A stretch of DNA of 64,000 nucleotides from positions 45,977 to 109,976 of the forward strand of contig CAZCST010000009.1 of the NCBI GenBank assembly GCA_964501365.1, in the 5' to 3' direction. The position numbers were made by a program, and so were the translations under genes. Of the stretch, positions 9,906 to 19,468 are shown piece by piece. The first letter of the stretch is position 1. Each line of letters begins with the position of its first letter. The notes under the pieces were generated by a model. The model did not search any database. It was not told the DNA's origin and worked only from the letters and a program-made list of their open reading frames with translations. The DNA comes from an uncultured Phycisphaera sp. GTDB lineage: Bacteria; Planctomycetota; Phycisphaerae; UBA1845.

Positions 9906-9988
9906 CGGCTGGAAGTCGGTAGCGGAGCGGTCCGCAGAGGCGGTGAGCCTGAGCATAACGAATGATCCGGCACGATCTTCGATTCGGA

Positions 9989-10468
9989 TCATTTGCGCGC
10001 GGCTTTGGTTGCTTTCGGAAGGGTGAATTTCAGCCCTGACCACGTCGCATCGACGGCGCAGACCTTGAAATCCACCAACCCGGCAGCCAGAGCAATTTCC
10101 AGAATGTGGCTTTCGGTGATTGCATTTGCGGCCTGCTCCCTGGTCATCGCGCTCTTTTTTTTCCAGATGATCCAGACTCCGCCGCGAGGACAGCACTCAA
10201 AGAAGTGCAGGACTCCCCGACGCAGGTCTGCTTCCGCTTCAACAAACCACAAGGCCAGATCGAGTTCCGGACGATTCCCGCATGCCGATTTCAACGTCGA
10301 GCGGGTGAGCCTTGCGCCCTTTTCGAGTGGTCCGACCGTCTGCTCGAAATCTGCCGGAGCGCCAATGAGTTGAACCAGAAAATCCGGTCCGATTCCCCGC
10401 TTCCTGGGAAGTGGAGTTCCGGAGTAACCCGCAGGGGCAGCCTTGGGTTGGCTTCGTGGCCCCGGCAA
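9989..10468 (-). CDS. DUF3052-like protein
   Basis: AGYSGTPLP.K.GI N-terminus and GLVDFKVCAVDATWSGLKF C-terminus. Confidence 0.75.
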   Translation of the reverse strand: MPGPRSQPKAAPAGYSGTPLPRKRGIGPDFLVQLIGAPADFEQTVGPLEKGARLTRSTLKSACGNRPELDLALWFVEAEADLRRGVLHFFECCPRGGVWIIWKKKSAMTREQAANAITESHILEIALAAGLVDFKVCAVDATWSGLKFTLPKATKAARK

Positions 10469-11707
10469 CTATTCGAATCGCTTTACGATAAGGCAGGCGT
10501 TGTGTCCCCCGAAACCGAATGAGTTGCTCATGGCCACTCTGGTCTTGCGGTCGCGGGCTGTTTTCGGACAGTAGTCCAAGTCGCACCCCTCGCTGGGATG
10601 CTCCAGGTTGATCGTGGGGGGAATGACTGAATTGCGAATTGCATTGATGCAGGCGATCAGTTCCGTCCCGCCGCTGGCGCCCAGCGAATGTCCGACGGCA
10701 CTCTTGGTGCTGCTCACGGTCAGCCTGCGGGCATGGTCGCCAAACACGCTCTTGATGGCGATGGTCTCGGCAATATCGCCAAGCGGCGTCGATGTTCCGT
10801 GGGCGTTGATGTAATCAACGTCCTGCGGGGAAATACCGGCGTCCTTGATGGCCTTGCGCATTGCCTTGGCGGCACCTTCGCCGTTTTCGGAGGGTTGCGT
10901 AATGTGGTCTGCGTCTGACGTCGCGGCAAAGCCGATTACCTCAGCCAGAATCGGCGCTCCGCGCCGCCGGGCGTGTTCAAGTTCCTCAAAGATGAGAGCC
11001 CCCGAGCTCTCCGAAAGCACAAACCCGTCCCGATCGCGGTCGAAAGGTCGCGATGCCCTGGCCGGGTCGTCATTTCGCGTGCTTAGCGCCTTCATGGAGG
11101 CAAAGGCCGCCAGCGCCAGCGGAGTCAGCGCCGCCTCCGACCCGCCGGTGAAAATCACGTCGGCATCGCCGTCGCGAATCTGGCGTAGCGCTTCGCCCAT
11201 GGCGTTGGAAGCCGAAGCACAGGCACTGCTGATGGCAATGCTGTTTCCCTTTGCCCCGTAGGTTATGGAAATGTTCCCGCTGGCCGCATTCACCATCAGC
11301 TTGGGAATCGTAAAAGCCGAAACCTTGCCCGGACCCTTGGCATGAAGCCGCGCGAATTGCTGCTCCAGTTCGTTCATGCCCCCAATGCCCGACCCGAAAA
11401 TGACGGCCATCCGGTCAGGGTCCTCGCTTGCCACTTCCAGCCCTGACTGTTTGACAGCCTCGTCCGTTGCCACCAATGCAAACTGGGCATAACGGTCCAG
11501 TCGCTTGATGATACGGCGGTCGAGGAGTTGTTCGGCATCGAAATTGGGGATTTCGCCGCCGATGGAGACTTCAAATTCGGAGGCGTCAAAAAGCGAAATG
11601 CGCGTAATTCCACTGCGGCCTTCGATGAGTCCGTCCCAGTAGCGGTCCACGGTCAAACCAAACGGAGTGACCGCCCCCATGCCTGTCACGACTACGCGCC
11701 GATTCAC
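10469..11707 (-). CDS. fabF: 3-oxoacyl-ACP synthase II
   Basis: RRVVVTGMG, SSACAS catalytic Cys, INAHGTST, KSAVGHSLGA, SNSFGFGGHN. Confidence 0.97.
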   Translation of the reverse strand: MNRRVVVTGMGAVTPFGLTVDRYWDGLIEGRSGITRISLFDASEFEVSIGGEIPNFDAEQLLDRRIIKRLDRYAQFALVATDEAVKQSGLEVASEDPDRMAVIFGSGIGGMNELEQQFARLHAKGPGKVSAFTIPKLMVNAASGNISITYGAKGNSIAISSACASASNAMGEALRQIRDGDADVIFTGGSEAALTPLALAAFASMKALSTRNDDPARASRPFDRDRDGFVLSESSGALIFEELEHARRRGAPILAEVIGFAATSDADHITQPSENGEGAAKAMRKAIKDAGISPQDVDYINAHGTSTPLGDIAETIAIKSVFGDHARRLTVSSTKSAVGHSLGASGGTELIACINAIRNSVIPPTINLEHPSEGCDLDYCPKTARDRKTRVAMSNSFGFGGHNACLIVKRFE

Positions 11708-11721
11708 AGTGCCCCCGCTCT

Positions 11722-11976
11722 CTAGGACTTCACCGAGAGATGCTGCTTGATGTAGTCGATTGCTTCGCCGACGGTCTTGAGCTTCTCTGCCGCGTCGTCA
11801 GGGATGGTCAGATCGAACTCGTCTTCCAGTTCCATCACCAGTTCGACAGTGTCCAGAGAATCTGCATTCAGATCGTTGACAAACGAGGTGGTACGCTTGA
11901 CTTCCGCTTTATCCACGCTCATCTGCTCGGCGACGATTTGGATTACCTTGGCCTCAATGGCTTCCGGAGTTGTCAC
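11722..11976 (-). CDS. acpP: acyl carrier protein
   Basis: [20 protein letters not shown] phosphopantetheine motif; GTG start at 11976 after GGAGG. Confidence 0.97.
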   Translation of the reverse strand: MTTPEAIEAKVIQIVAEQMSVDKAEVKRTTSFVNDLNADSLDTVELVMELEDEFDLTIPDDAAEKLKTVGEAIDYIKQHLSVKS

Positions 11977-12087
11977 CACGGTTCCTCCCGTTTGAGCAAT
12001 ATTCATGAAATCGCCCGGCTCGCGCCGGACCGAAGTGTGCGGATCGTAGCTTCCAGCCCAAAACCCCGCAACTTGCCGCCCAACCTC

Positions 12088-12127
12088 TTGTCCGCCTATC
12101 TAATTTCTGCTTTCCGCTTTCCGCATT
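12088..12127. repeat. heptamer tandem repeat downstream of fabG
   Basis: taa-tttctgc-tttccgc-tttccgc-atttt; shares ttgtccg..ctaatttctgc with 12870-12893. Confidence 0.6.
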
Positions 12128-12129
12128 TT

Positions 12130-12870
12130 TCACATGTGTAATCCGCCGTCCACGAGCAGCACCTGCCCCGTAACGTAGGAAGCCTTGTCATCTGCCAGAA
12201 ACGCCACTACTTCGGCAACTTCATCCGCCTCGCCCATTCGTCCAAGGGGGATCAACTGTTTCACCCCTTCCTTGAGCTGGTCAGGCAATACCGACGTCAT
12301 GTCGGTTGCGATAAATCCGGGGGCCACCACGTTGCAGGTGACCTTGCGTTTGCCAAGTTCCTTGGCCACAGTCTTAGTAAATCCGATCAGTCCAGCCTTG
12401 CTGGCTGCATAGTTTGCCTGGCCCGGGTTTCCCATGACGCCGGAAACACTCCCGATGTTCACGATTCGTCCATATCGATTCCGGATCATCAGCTTGCTGA
12501 CAGCTCGCGTAAGCCAGAATACGGACCGCAGATTCGTCGTGAGAACGGCATCAAACTGTTCGTCATCCATGGTGAGCAGCAATCCATCCTTCGTGATACC
12601 GGCGTTATTCACCAGGATGTCGATGCGTCCATATTTGGCGCCGATTTCTTCAACCAATGCGTCGATGGCGGCCCGATCACAAACGTCCAGGGCTCTGGGT
12701 TCAATTGCGCCTGACAGCTCCCGCTTCTGCGCTTCGGCGGACAATTCCTGAAGGGCGTCGACGGATCGTGCGCAGGCAATTACTTTTGCTCCGCGCGTCG
12801 CCAGCGCCAGACAAATCGCCCGTCCAATGCCGCGACTCCCACCTGTAACCAGTGCAATTCGATCTCGCAT
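12130..12870 (-). CDS. fabG: 3-oxoacyl-ACP reductase
   Basis: TGGSRGIG, NNAGIT, YAASK, fab operon context. Confidence 0.95.
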   Translation of the reverse strand: MRDRIALVTGGSRGIGRAICLALATRGAKVIACARSVDALQELSAEAQKRELSGAIEPRALDVCDRAAIDALVEEIGAKYGRIDILVNNAGITKDGLLLTMDDEQFDAVLTTNLRSVFWLTRAVSKLMIRNRYGRIVNIGSVSGVMGNPGQANYAASKAGLIGFTKTVAKELGKRKVTCNVVAPGFIATDMTSVLPDQLKEGVKQLIPLGRMGEADEVAEVVAFLADDKASYVTGQVLLVDGGLHM

Positions 12871-12897
12871 TGTCCGTACTTTCTAATTTCTGCGTTG

Positions 12898-13845
12898 TTA
12901 GCTTGTTTTCGCAGCTTGCAGCAATCCGGCCGCAGCCGCTTCCGCAGTATTGATGTTGACGGTATCGAGCGATCGATTGATTTTGCGCATCAACCCCGTC
13001 AGCACGCGGCCGGGGCCAAATTCAACAAAACGATTCGCTCCGTCAGCGATCATTTGCTCTATACACTGCTGCCACATTACAGGTTGCGTGAGTTGACGAA
13101 CGAGTGAGGCCCGGATCGCCGCGGCATCGCCATGATAGTTCGCATTCACATTGGAAATCACAGGAATTTTCGTTGAAGCAATGGATGTGCGGTCCAACAT
13201 GGTTTGCAGCCCTTGCGCGGCGGAAGCCATGATCGCCGAATGGAATGCGCCGGCCACTGCGAGGGGGACCGCACGGCATCCAAATTCCTCGGCCACTGCC
13301 ACGGCTCTTTCACACGCCGCCTTGCTCCCGGCAATGACAATCTGACCGGGACAATTGAAATTGGCCGGCGTCAATACGTCATCGCCGCGCGCCTTTTCGC
13401 AAATGCCCTCGGCCTTGTCTTTGTCTGCGCCGACCAGGGATACCATACCGCTGGGCCGAGCCGTCGCAGCCTCCTGCATCAATTGGCCACGGCGTTGAAC
13501 GAGTTTCAAGCAATCGTCAAAGCCAACCGCGCCCGCAATATGCAGCGCGGTGTACTCGCCAAGACTCAGGCCGCCAGCCCGTTGAAAATCACTCAACGAA
13601 CCCCCGCCTTCGACAAACGCCTGAAAAATAGCCACGCTAGTGACAAAAATGGCCGGCTGTTGAACGTCAGTTTGTTCTAGTTTTTCCGTGGGACCCTCAA
13701 AGCATAGTTTCGCCAGGTCAAAGCCAAGACCCTGATTTGCACGATCGTAGACCGCGCGGGCCATTGCGCTGGCGGCAGCCACGTCGCGGCCCATGCCGAC
13801 CGATTGCGCCCCCTGCCCCGGAAAAATGACCGCCGTATGACCCAT
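12898..13845 (-). CDS. fabD: malonyl-CoA:ACP transacylase
   Basis: FPGQGAQ, GLSLGEY (GxSxG), VAGAFHS, EFGPGRVLTGL. Confidence 0.96.
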   Translation of the reverse strand: MGHTAVIFPGQGAQSVGMGRDVAAASAMARAVYDRANQGLGFDLAKLCFEGPTEKLEQTDVQQPAIFVTSVAIFQAFVEGGGSLSDFQRAGGLSLGEYTALHIAGAVGFDDCLKLVQRRGQLMQEAATARPSGMVSLVGADKDKAEGICEKARGDDVLTPANFNCPGQIVIAGSKAACERAVAVAEEFGCRAVPLAVAGAFHSAIMASAAQGLQTMLDRTSIASTKIPVISNVNANYHGDAAAIRASLVRQLTQPVMWQQCIEQMIADGANRFVEFGPGRVLTGLMRKINRSLDTVNINTAEAAAAGLLQAAKTS

Positions 13846-13878
13846 CGCTTTTGCCTTGTTGCCTCGTTGCCTGGCCGA

Positions 13879-14868
13879 TTAAAGCCGAACGATCATCGAT
13901 CCCCAGGTCAATCCCGCTCCCACTGCGAGCATAAGAATGGCATCGCCCGTCTGAAGCTTCCCATTACGACGAGCCTCATCGAGCGCCATGGGGATCGACG
14001 CGGCAGACGTATTTCCGTATTTCGTGATGTTCAGCGCGATCTTTTCGTGCGGAAGTCCCATGCGTTCGCGCATCGATTCAATGATCCGCAAATTGGATTG
14101 ATGCGGGATCATCAGCTTGATGTCATCAGGCTTGAGCCCCGTCTCCTCCAAGCCGCGATCAATCAACTCCTCCATCTTGATCACGGCGAATTTGAACACT
14201 TCTCGGCCGCGAAGATGCATATAATGCAATTTCTCGTTGATGGTCATGTGCGAGGCCGGCAGCTTCGACCCGCCCGCTGGAATCCAGATGTATTCGGCCT
14301 TGTCGCCGTCGCAACCCAATTCAAAGTGCAAAATTCCCTGTTCAGGATTGTGCGCCTTGCAAAGGACGGCCGCTCCGGCGCCATCGCCGAACAACACAAT
14401 CGTCGAGCGGTCCTCCGTATCCACGCAGCGCGTCAGAGTTTCCGCTCCGATCACCAATACATTCTTGTAAGCGTCGGTGGCCAGCAGCCCGGAAGCGACG
14501 GTCGTGGCATACAAAAACCCTGCACACGCTGCGCCTACATCCAACGCAGGAATGGTTCGTGCACCAATGGCTCGCTGAACGAGGGTCGCGGTGGAGGGGA
14601 AAGGGTAATCGCCGGTCGCAGTGGCCACGACAATGGCGTCGATATCGGCAGGAGTCAGTCCGGCATTTTCGATCGCCTGGCGACCTGCATTCGCTGCCAA
14701 AACAGAGGTCGATTCGTTTTTCGCGGCCCGTCGGCGTTCGTGAATGCCCGTCCGGGTGACGATCCAATCGTCCGAGGTATCGAGGTAATTCGCGAAGTAT
14801 TTGTTGTCGAGGACTTCCTCTGGGACATATGTTCCCGTCCCGGCAATACGAATAGGCAGTCGCTTCAT
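13879..14868 (-). CDS. fabH: 3-oxoacyl-ACP synthase III
   Basis: RTGIHERR, AACAGF, PHQSN, YGNTSAASIP. Confidence 0.96.
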   Translation of the reverse strand: MKRLPIRIAGTGTYVPEEVLDNKYFANYLDTSDDWIVTRTGIHERRRAAKNESTSVLAANAGRQAIENAGLTPADIDAIVVATATGDYPFPSTATLVQRAIGARTIPALDVGAACAGFLYATTVASGLLATDAYKNVLVIGAETLTRCVDTEDRSTIVLFGDGAGAAVLCKAHNPEQGILHFELGCDGDKAEYIWIPAGGSKLPASHMTINEKLHYMHLRGREVFKFAVIKMEELIDRGLEETGLKPDDIKLMIPHQSNLRIIESMRERMGLPHEKIALNITKYGNTSAASIPMALDEARRNGKLQTGDAILMLAVGAGLTWGSMIVRL

Positions 14869-14920
14869 TCCTGATTACCCCGTAGCCTGATTGCCTGCCG
14901 CCTTATTGCCTTTTCGGAAA

Positions 14921-15916
14921 TCAACGCAATCGCGCCAGAATCGCCTCGCTGATGTTTTGCCGGACATGGCGCTGGGCAGCCAGAACGGCGTACTTGATTG
15001 CCACGTCATTGCTGCGGCCGTGGCAAATGACACACACACCATTGATGCCCAGCAACGGAGCGCCGCCATAACGGCTGTAGTCGTGCCGCGCCCAGACCCT
15101 GTCGAGTGCGCTCGTAAACTTCGCTTTCAATTCCGGAGCTTCATCGTTGAATTCGTGCGCAATGGTCTTGAATAATCCCTCGGCCAGCCCCTCGACAAAT
15201 TTCAACACGATGTTGCCCACGAACCCGTCGCAGATGGCCACGTCGCAGTGATCCTCGAAAAGGTCCTTCCCTTCCGCGTTGCCCACGAAATTCACGGTCC
15301 GGTTTGCCTTGAGGAGTTCGGTGGTTTGTTTGATCAGTCCGGTTCCCTTACCGCTCTCTTCGCCGATGGAAACCAGTGCCACGCGCGGATTCTTGATGTT
15401 CAGTACTTTTTCGGCGTAGATCGCACCCATGACCGCATATTCGTAAAGGTGTTGCGGCTTGGCCTGAATGTTGGCGCCCACGTCACAAAGTACAAACGGA
15501 CCGTAAAAAGACGGAATTGTCACAGCAATGCCGGGTCGTGAAACGCACGGTAGCGGCTTCATAAGAAATTGCGCGGCCGCCGCGAAAGCACCGGTATTTC
15601 CGGCGCTAAGGACAGCGTCGGCCTGACCCTCGGCAGCCAGCGCCGCCATTTTCACCAGTGATGAATCTCTTTTGGTCTTGAGGGCTTCGACGGGGGCTTC
15701 GTCCATTCCCACGACTTGCGAGGCATGAACAATGCGGATACGGGATGCATGAGGACCGGGCTTGGCGGCATCGACTTCGCGCCGCACAACGCCTTCATCA
15801 CCCACCAAAACAAGTTGAAGTTCGGAGTCTTCCGCCAGGGCCGACACCGCGCCCCGGACGATCGCCGCCGGCGCGTGATCGCCGCCCATGGCGTCCACCG
15901 CGACACGAATGGCCAT
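14921..15916 (-). CDS. plsX: phosphate acyltransferase PlsX
   Basis: AVDAMGGDHAP, SAGNTGA, DVGAN, CDGFVGNIVLK, YGGAPLLGING; start overlaps rpmF stop (TAATG). Confidence 0.96.
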   Translation of the reverse strand: MAIRVAVDAMGGDHAPAAIVRGAVSALAEDSELQLVLVGDEGVVRREVDAAKPGPHASRIRIVHASQVVGMDEAPVEALKTKRDSSLVKMAALAAEGQADAVLSAGNTGAFAAAAQFLMKPLPCVSRPGIAVTIPSFYGPFVLCDVGANIQAKPQHLYEYAVMGAIYAEKVLNIKNPRVALVSIGEESGKGTGLIKQTTELLKANRTVNFVGNAEGKDLFEDHCDVAICDGFVGNIVLKFVEGLAEGLFKTIAHEFNDEAPELKAKFTSALDRVWARHDYSRYGGAPLLGINGVCVICHGRSNDVAIKYAVLAAQRHVRQNISEAILARLR

Positions 15917-16104
15917 TATGTTGTTTCTTTCTCGCCCATCGGCAGCATGTTCTTTGCACTCGCATAGCCGCAAATCCCGCACGCAGCGTGCGGCAACTTG
16001 GGCTTACTGCATTTTGGACACGCAACCAGGTTCACCGGATGCAGGGCATGATGCGCCCGCTTCGTGCGGGTCCGCGTTTTCGACTTCTTTTTTACTGGGA
16101 GCAT
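15916..16104 (-). CDS. rpmF: 50S ribosomal protein L32 (Zn-binding type)
   Basis: MLPVKKKSKTRTRTKRAH..CPKC...PHAACGICGY. Confidence 0.93.
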   Translation of the reverse strand: MLPVKKKSKTRTRTKRAHHALHPVNLVACPKCSKPKLPHAACGICGYASAKNMLPMGEKETT

Positions 16105-16231
16105 AAAGCACCTTGTTCTGGAATCTTTCTAAAAGGCCTGCCCGCAAGCGGCTTGGGCCGCTCTCCGAAACGGAGGGTTTAAAGCCTGTCTGAATCCTAT
16201 CCGCGCCGTAAGGCAAAGGAACAAACCGAAA

Positions 16232-16260
16232 ACGCTAACCGACGCTCGCAATGCTGTCAA
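16232..16260 (-). promoter_or_regulatory. putative sigma70 promoter of rpmF-plsX-fab operon
   Basis: TTGACA (16260-16255) - 17 nt - TAGCGT (16237-16232). Confidence 0.5.
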
Positions 16261-16397
16261 GCTGGGGCGAACGCGAAGGGCTAAGCCAGCGCTCATTGCG
16301 CGATGGAGGGGCAACCGAAGTGGTACACTGGCATTTTTTCATTACAGTCGTCGAGATTGGACTGCGAATAGGACCATTACGGACTGCTGGATCTTGA

Positions 16398-17216
16398 ATG
16401 CAATACATCGATCCCCACATTCACATGGTCTCGCGGATTACGGACGACTACGTCCGTTTAGCGCGGGCGGGGTGCGTTGCCCTCAGTGAGCCGGCGTTTT
16501 GGGCGGGTTTTGATCGCGGGTCGGCCGCGTCGTTTGCCGACTATTTTCGGCAGCTAACCGAGGTCGAGCCGAAGCGCGCCGCACAGTTCGGCATTCATCA
16601 CATGTCGTGGCTCTGCATCAACGCCAAGGAGGCTGAAAACGTCTCTCTCGCCCGCGAAGTGATCTCGATCATCCCCCAATTCCTGGACCGCCCCGGCGTG
16701 CTGGGCATCGGCGAGATCGGCCTCAACAAGAACACCAAAAACGAAGCCACGATCTTCCTCGATCACATCGAGCTGGCCATGAAAACCGACGAACTGATCC
16801 TCGTTCACACGCCTCACCTCGCGGACAAGTACAAAGGCACGCGAATGATCATCGACATGCTCAAGGCCGACCGCCGTGTAAAGCCGAACCGCGTGCTTAT
16901 CGACCACGTCGAGGAGCACACCATCAAACTCACCCTCGACGCCGGATTCTGGGTCGGCATGACGCTGTATCCGGTTACGAAATGCACGCCCGAACGTGCC
17001 GTGGACATGATCGAGACGTACGGCCCCGACCGCATTATGGCCAACAGTGCCGGCGACTGGGGCCCCAGCAACCCCATGAACGTTCCCGACATGATTCGCA
17101 CGATGCGGGCCCGAGGCCACTCCGAAGCGGCGATCAAAAAAATCGTCTACGACAACCCCTTCCAGTTCTTCAGCCACTCCCGCCGGTTCAACATGCCTGA
17201 GCGACACTCTTCTTGA
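16398..17216 (+). CDS. TatD-family metallohydrolase, EboB-like subfamily
   Basis: YIDPHIHMVSRITDDY, EPAFWAG, IGEIGLN, VHTPH, DHVEE, NSAGDWG. Confidence 0.85.
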   Translation: MQYIDPHIHMVSRITDDYVRLARAGCVALSEPAFWAGFDRGSAASFADYFRQLTEVEPKRAAQFGIHHMSWLCINAKEAENVSLAREVISIIPQFLDRPGVLGIGEIGLNKNTKNEATIFLDHIELAMKTDELILVHTPHLADKYKGTRMIIDMLKADRRVKPNRVLIDHVEEHTIKLTLDAGFWVGMTLYPVTKCTPERAVDMIETYGPDRIMANSAGDWGPSNPMNVPDMIRTMRARGHSEAAIKKIVYDNPFQFFSHSRRFNMPERHSS

Positions 17217-17334
17217 AGCGTAGGTCGCAAGGGCGCGTCCTGAATAGCCCCTTGAAACATGACCCAATTCAAGGCTGTTGCTTGGCCCGGTCGATACGAA
17301 ACATAGTGAACGATTAGCAGTACAGAGAAAGAGT

Positions 17335-17679
17335 ATGTCATCACAGAGCTTACAGGACCCGCCTGCTCAACCCTCTGATGCGAAGGATGCAGAGGTACGG
17401 AAGCCTGCGCGCGAACCAGATCTTGCGCGAATCCTGGAATTAAGCGTACCCGTCTCGGCAATTCTGGCCGATCGATTATTGCCTGTGGAGACGATCCTGC
17501 AGATCAGAGCCGGAACCATTCTCGAATTTGACGTGCCTTTTGGTTCCGACCTCTCGCTGGTGATCGGCAATCGCACGCTGGCACGTGGTCAGGCCGTCAA
17601 AGTCGGCGAGCACTTCGGTTTGCGAATTACGGAAATCGACTCCCTTCGCCAGCGCATCGAAGCCCTGGGGCAGAAATAG
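17335..17679 (+). CDS. FliM/FliN C-terminal (SpoA) domain protein
   Basis: ILELSVPVSAILA..G.ILEFD..L.L.IGNRTLARGQAVKVGEHFGLRITEI. Confidence 0.85.
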   Translation: MSSQSLQDPPAQPSDAKDAEVRKPAREPDLARILELSVPVSAILADRLLPVETILQIRAGTILEFDVPFGSDLSLVIGNRTLARGQAVKVGEHFGLRITEIDSLRQRIEALGQK

Positions 17680-19444
17680 AAAACTTTCGACGACCGGTCC
17701 GCGATTCTTCGGCCTGGATCAACCGATTCAGCGTGGCAAGTTCCTCAAACCTGGCGCATTGCCTTCGTGCCGCGCCCAGGCTCCGGTCGGCCTCAGTTTT
17801 GTCTCCTCGTGATGCAAAATACCGCCATCGCAACAGCGCCGGCGCGGAAAATGATTTGCGGACGGGCAGCTCAGTGTACCACTGACCAATCGTATCCATC
17901 AGACGCTGGACCGCCGGCCTGCCCGGCGCTAACTCCATCAGCAGCAGCCCTTGAAAAAATTGTACGCTCCTGACGACATCAGCACGCCGAGGCGGCGAAA
18001 GCTGGTCCACGCCGGTATACATACGATCCCTGTAGGTCAGGATCCATACAGTATTATCCGCGCAACTCCACCCTTCGCCGGCCAGTGCACTCAGGGGCGT
18101 GTCCGTGGAAATCGGAACGAACTTCAACGCCTCGGGGCCGTAACGATTCTTGCCATAGGCCTTGGGGCGAAACGCCGGAACCACGGTGTCCGAACCAAGA
18201 CACACCGCCACGTCACCCGCATGCGCATGCTGCTTCAGATAACCCATCGCTCCGCGCCAATCGGTCTTGTCCATCCCTCCCAGGCTAGTCCACGATCCTT
18301 GTGCCATGGGAACGACGAACAACAAAAGCAGCCCGGCGAATGCCCCAAGGCGGAGCATGGAATGTTTCGTACCGGCGCGCACCGATTCCAGCGCCTGCGA
18401 AATGCAGGAAATCACGAACACCGCCATCAGCAACAAATATTGCGGCTTGGGAACGGCGTTTCCCAACAATCCGTACACCAGCGCATAAATGAATGGATAC
18501 GGAAGAAAAATCCACCAGAACGCAGAATCTCGCTCTTTTCGGCCCAGGAAGGCAAGCATGAGCCCGGCAATCATCAGGCTTGCCGCCGTCAGCACAAGCC
18601 ATCGCATCCCAGGGAGAGCGGTAAAGAGCGTGCGTGCGGAATATCCGGCAAACAACGCGGTAAAGGATTCATTCAGCAGCGAAAAGAACCGGATGCTCCA
18701 ATCCATCGACGGCGGCCGGATCGCAGTACCCTGAAAACGGATGATGTTGATGAAAAACGGGCAATACACTGCGTACGCCGCAATTGTGAACCATGAAAAC
18801 CGTCGAAAAATCGATGACTCGACGGCCGCCAATTCCGGGCTTTGTTTCGGAATCCGACTTCGCGACAAGACGGCATGCACGCCGATTCCCAAGACGATAA
18901 AGTGCGGATCGGTCCAGCGCGTCATCAACATCGCAAACAAGACAAGCGCGTAGATGACCCAACTCTTGATGTCATTTCTTTCCCTCGCGCGGACGTAGAG
19001 AAGCCCGCTCGCCAGCGCCAGGAAAAACATGAGCGCATACGGACGCGCCTCCTGCGACATGTAGACGTGTAAGGGACAGACGGCCAGCAGTATCGCAGCC
19101 GTCACCCCGGCGACATCGCCCGCCGCACGGCGCACCCAGAATCCCAGCAGCAGTACGGAACCCGCTCCGAAAAGCGTCGCCGGAAAACGAACCCACCAGT
19201 CGCTCTGGCCCAACCCCAGGCGGTACAAGAATGCCCCCAGAAAATTATCAAGCGGAGGCTGACCCTCGATCGCGGCAGACATGACGATATCCGTCGGCGA
19301 GCCGTGATACGTTTCGACGGTGACAATCTCATCCATCGACAGGCTTTCGGCGTCCAGCTGATACAAACGCATCCCCAGCGAAATCATCGTGATGTACACG
19401 AGAATCGTCGGCGTCTTCAAGAATCGTCGCTTGAAATCAGTCAT
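17627..19444 (-). CDS. GT-C fold membrane glycosyltransferase (PMT/GT39-like)
   Basis: RLYQLDAESLSMDE, QPPL, VRFPA..G, SQEARPYAL and many TM helices. Confidence 0.85.
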   Translation of the reverse strand: MTDFKRRFLKTPTILVYITMISLGMRLYQLDAESLSMDEIVTVETYHGSPTDIVMSAAIEGQPPLDNFLGAFLYRLGLGQSDWWVRFPATLFGAGSVLLLGFWVRRAAGDVAGVTAAILLAVCPLHVYMSQEARPYALMFFLALASGLLYVRARERNDIKSWVIYALVLFAMLMTRWTDPHFIVLGIGVHAVLSRSRIPKQSPELAAVESSIFRRFSWFTIAAYAVYCPFFINIIRFQGTAIRPPSMDWSIRFFSLLNESFTALFAGYSARTLFTALPGMRWLVLTAASLMIAGLMLAFLGRKERDSAFWWIFLPYPFIYALVYGLLGNAVPKPQYLLLMAVFVISCISQALESVRAGTKHSMLRLGAFAGLLLLFVVPMAQGSWTSLGGMDKTDWRGAMGYLKQHAHAGDVAVCLGSDTVVPAFRPKAYGKNRYGPEALKFVPISTDTPLSALAGEGWSCADNTVWILTYRDRMYTGVDQLSPPRRADVVRSVQFFQGLLLMELAPGRPAVQRLMDTIGQWYTELPVRKSFSAPALLRWRYFASRGDKTEADRSLGAARRQCARFEELATLNRLIQAEESRTGRRKFSISAPGLRCAGEGSRFP

Positions 19445-19468
19445 AATCGCCGCAATACGCCGACAGTC

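Noticed and set aside
16104-16398. Missing yceD (DUF177) upstream of rpmF
   Set aside because: It is absent here, but this linkage is variable among bacteria, so it is not informative.
17220-17256. Possible degenerate GTAG REP after the TatD gene
   Set aside because: The arms pair poorly (aagggc/gcccctt only), too weak to call.
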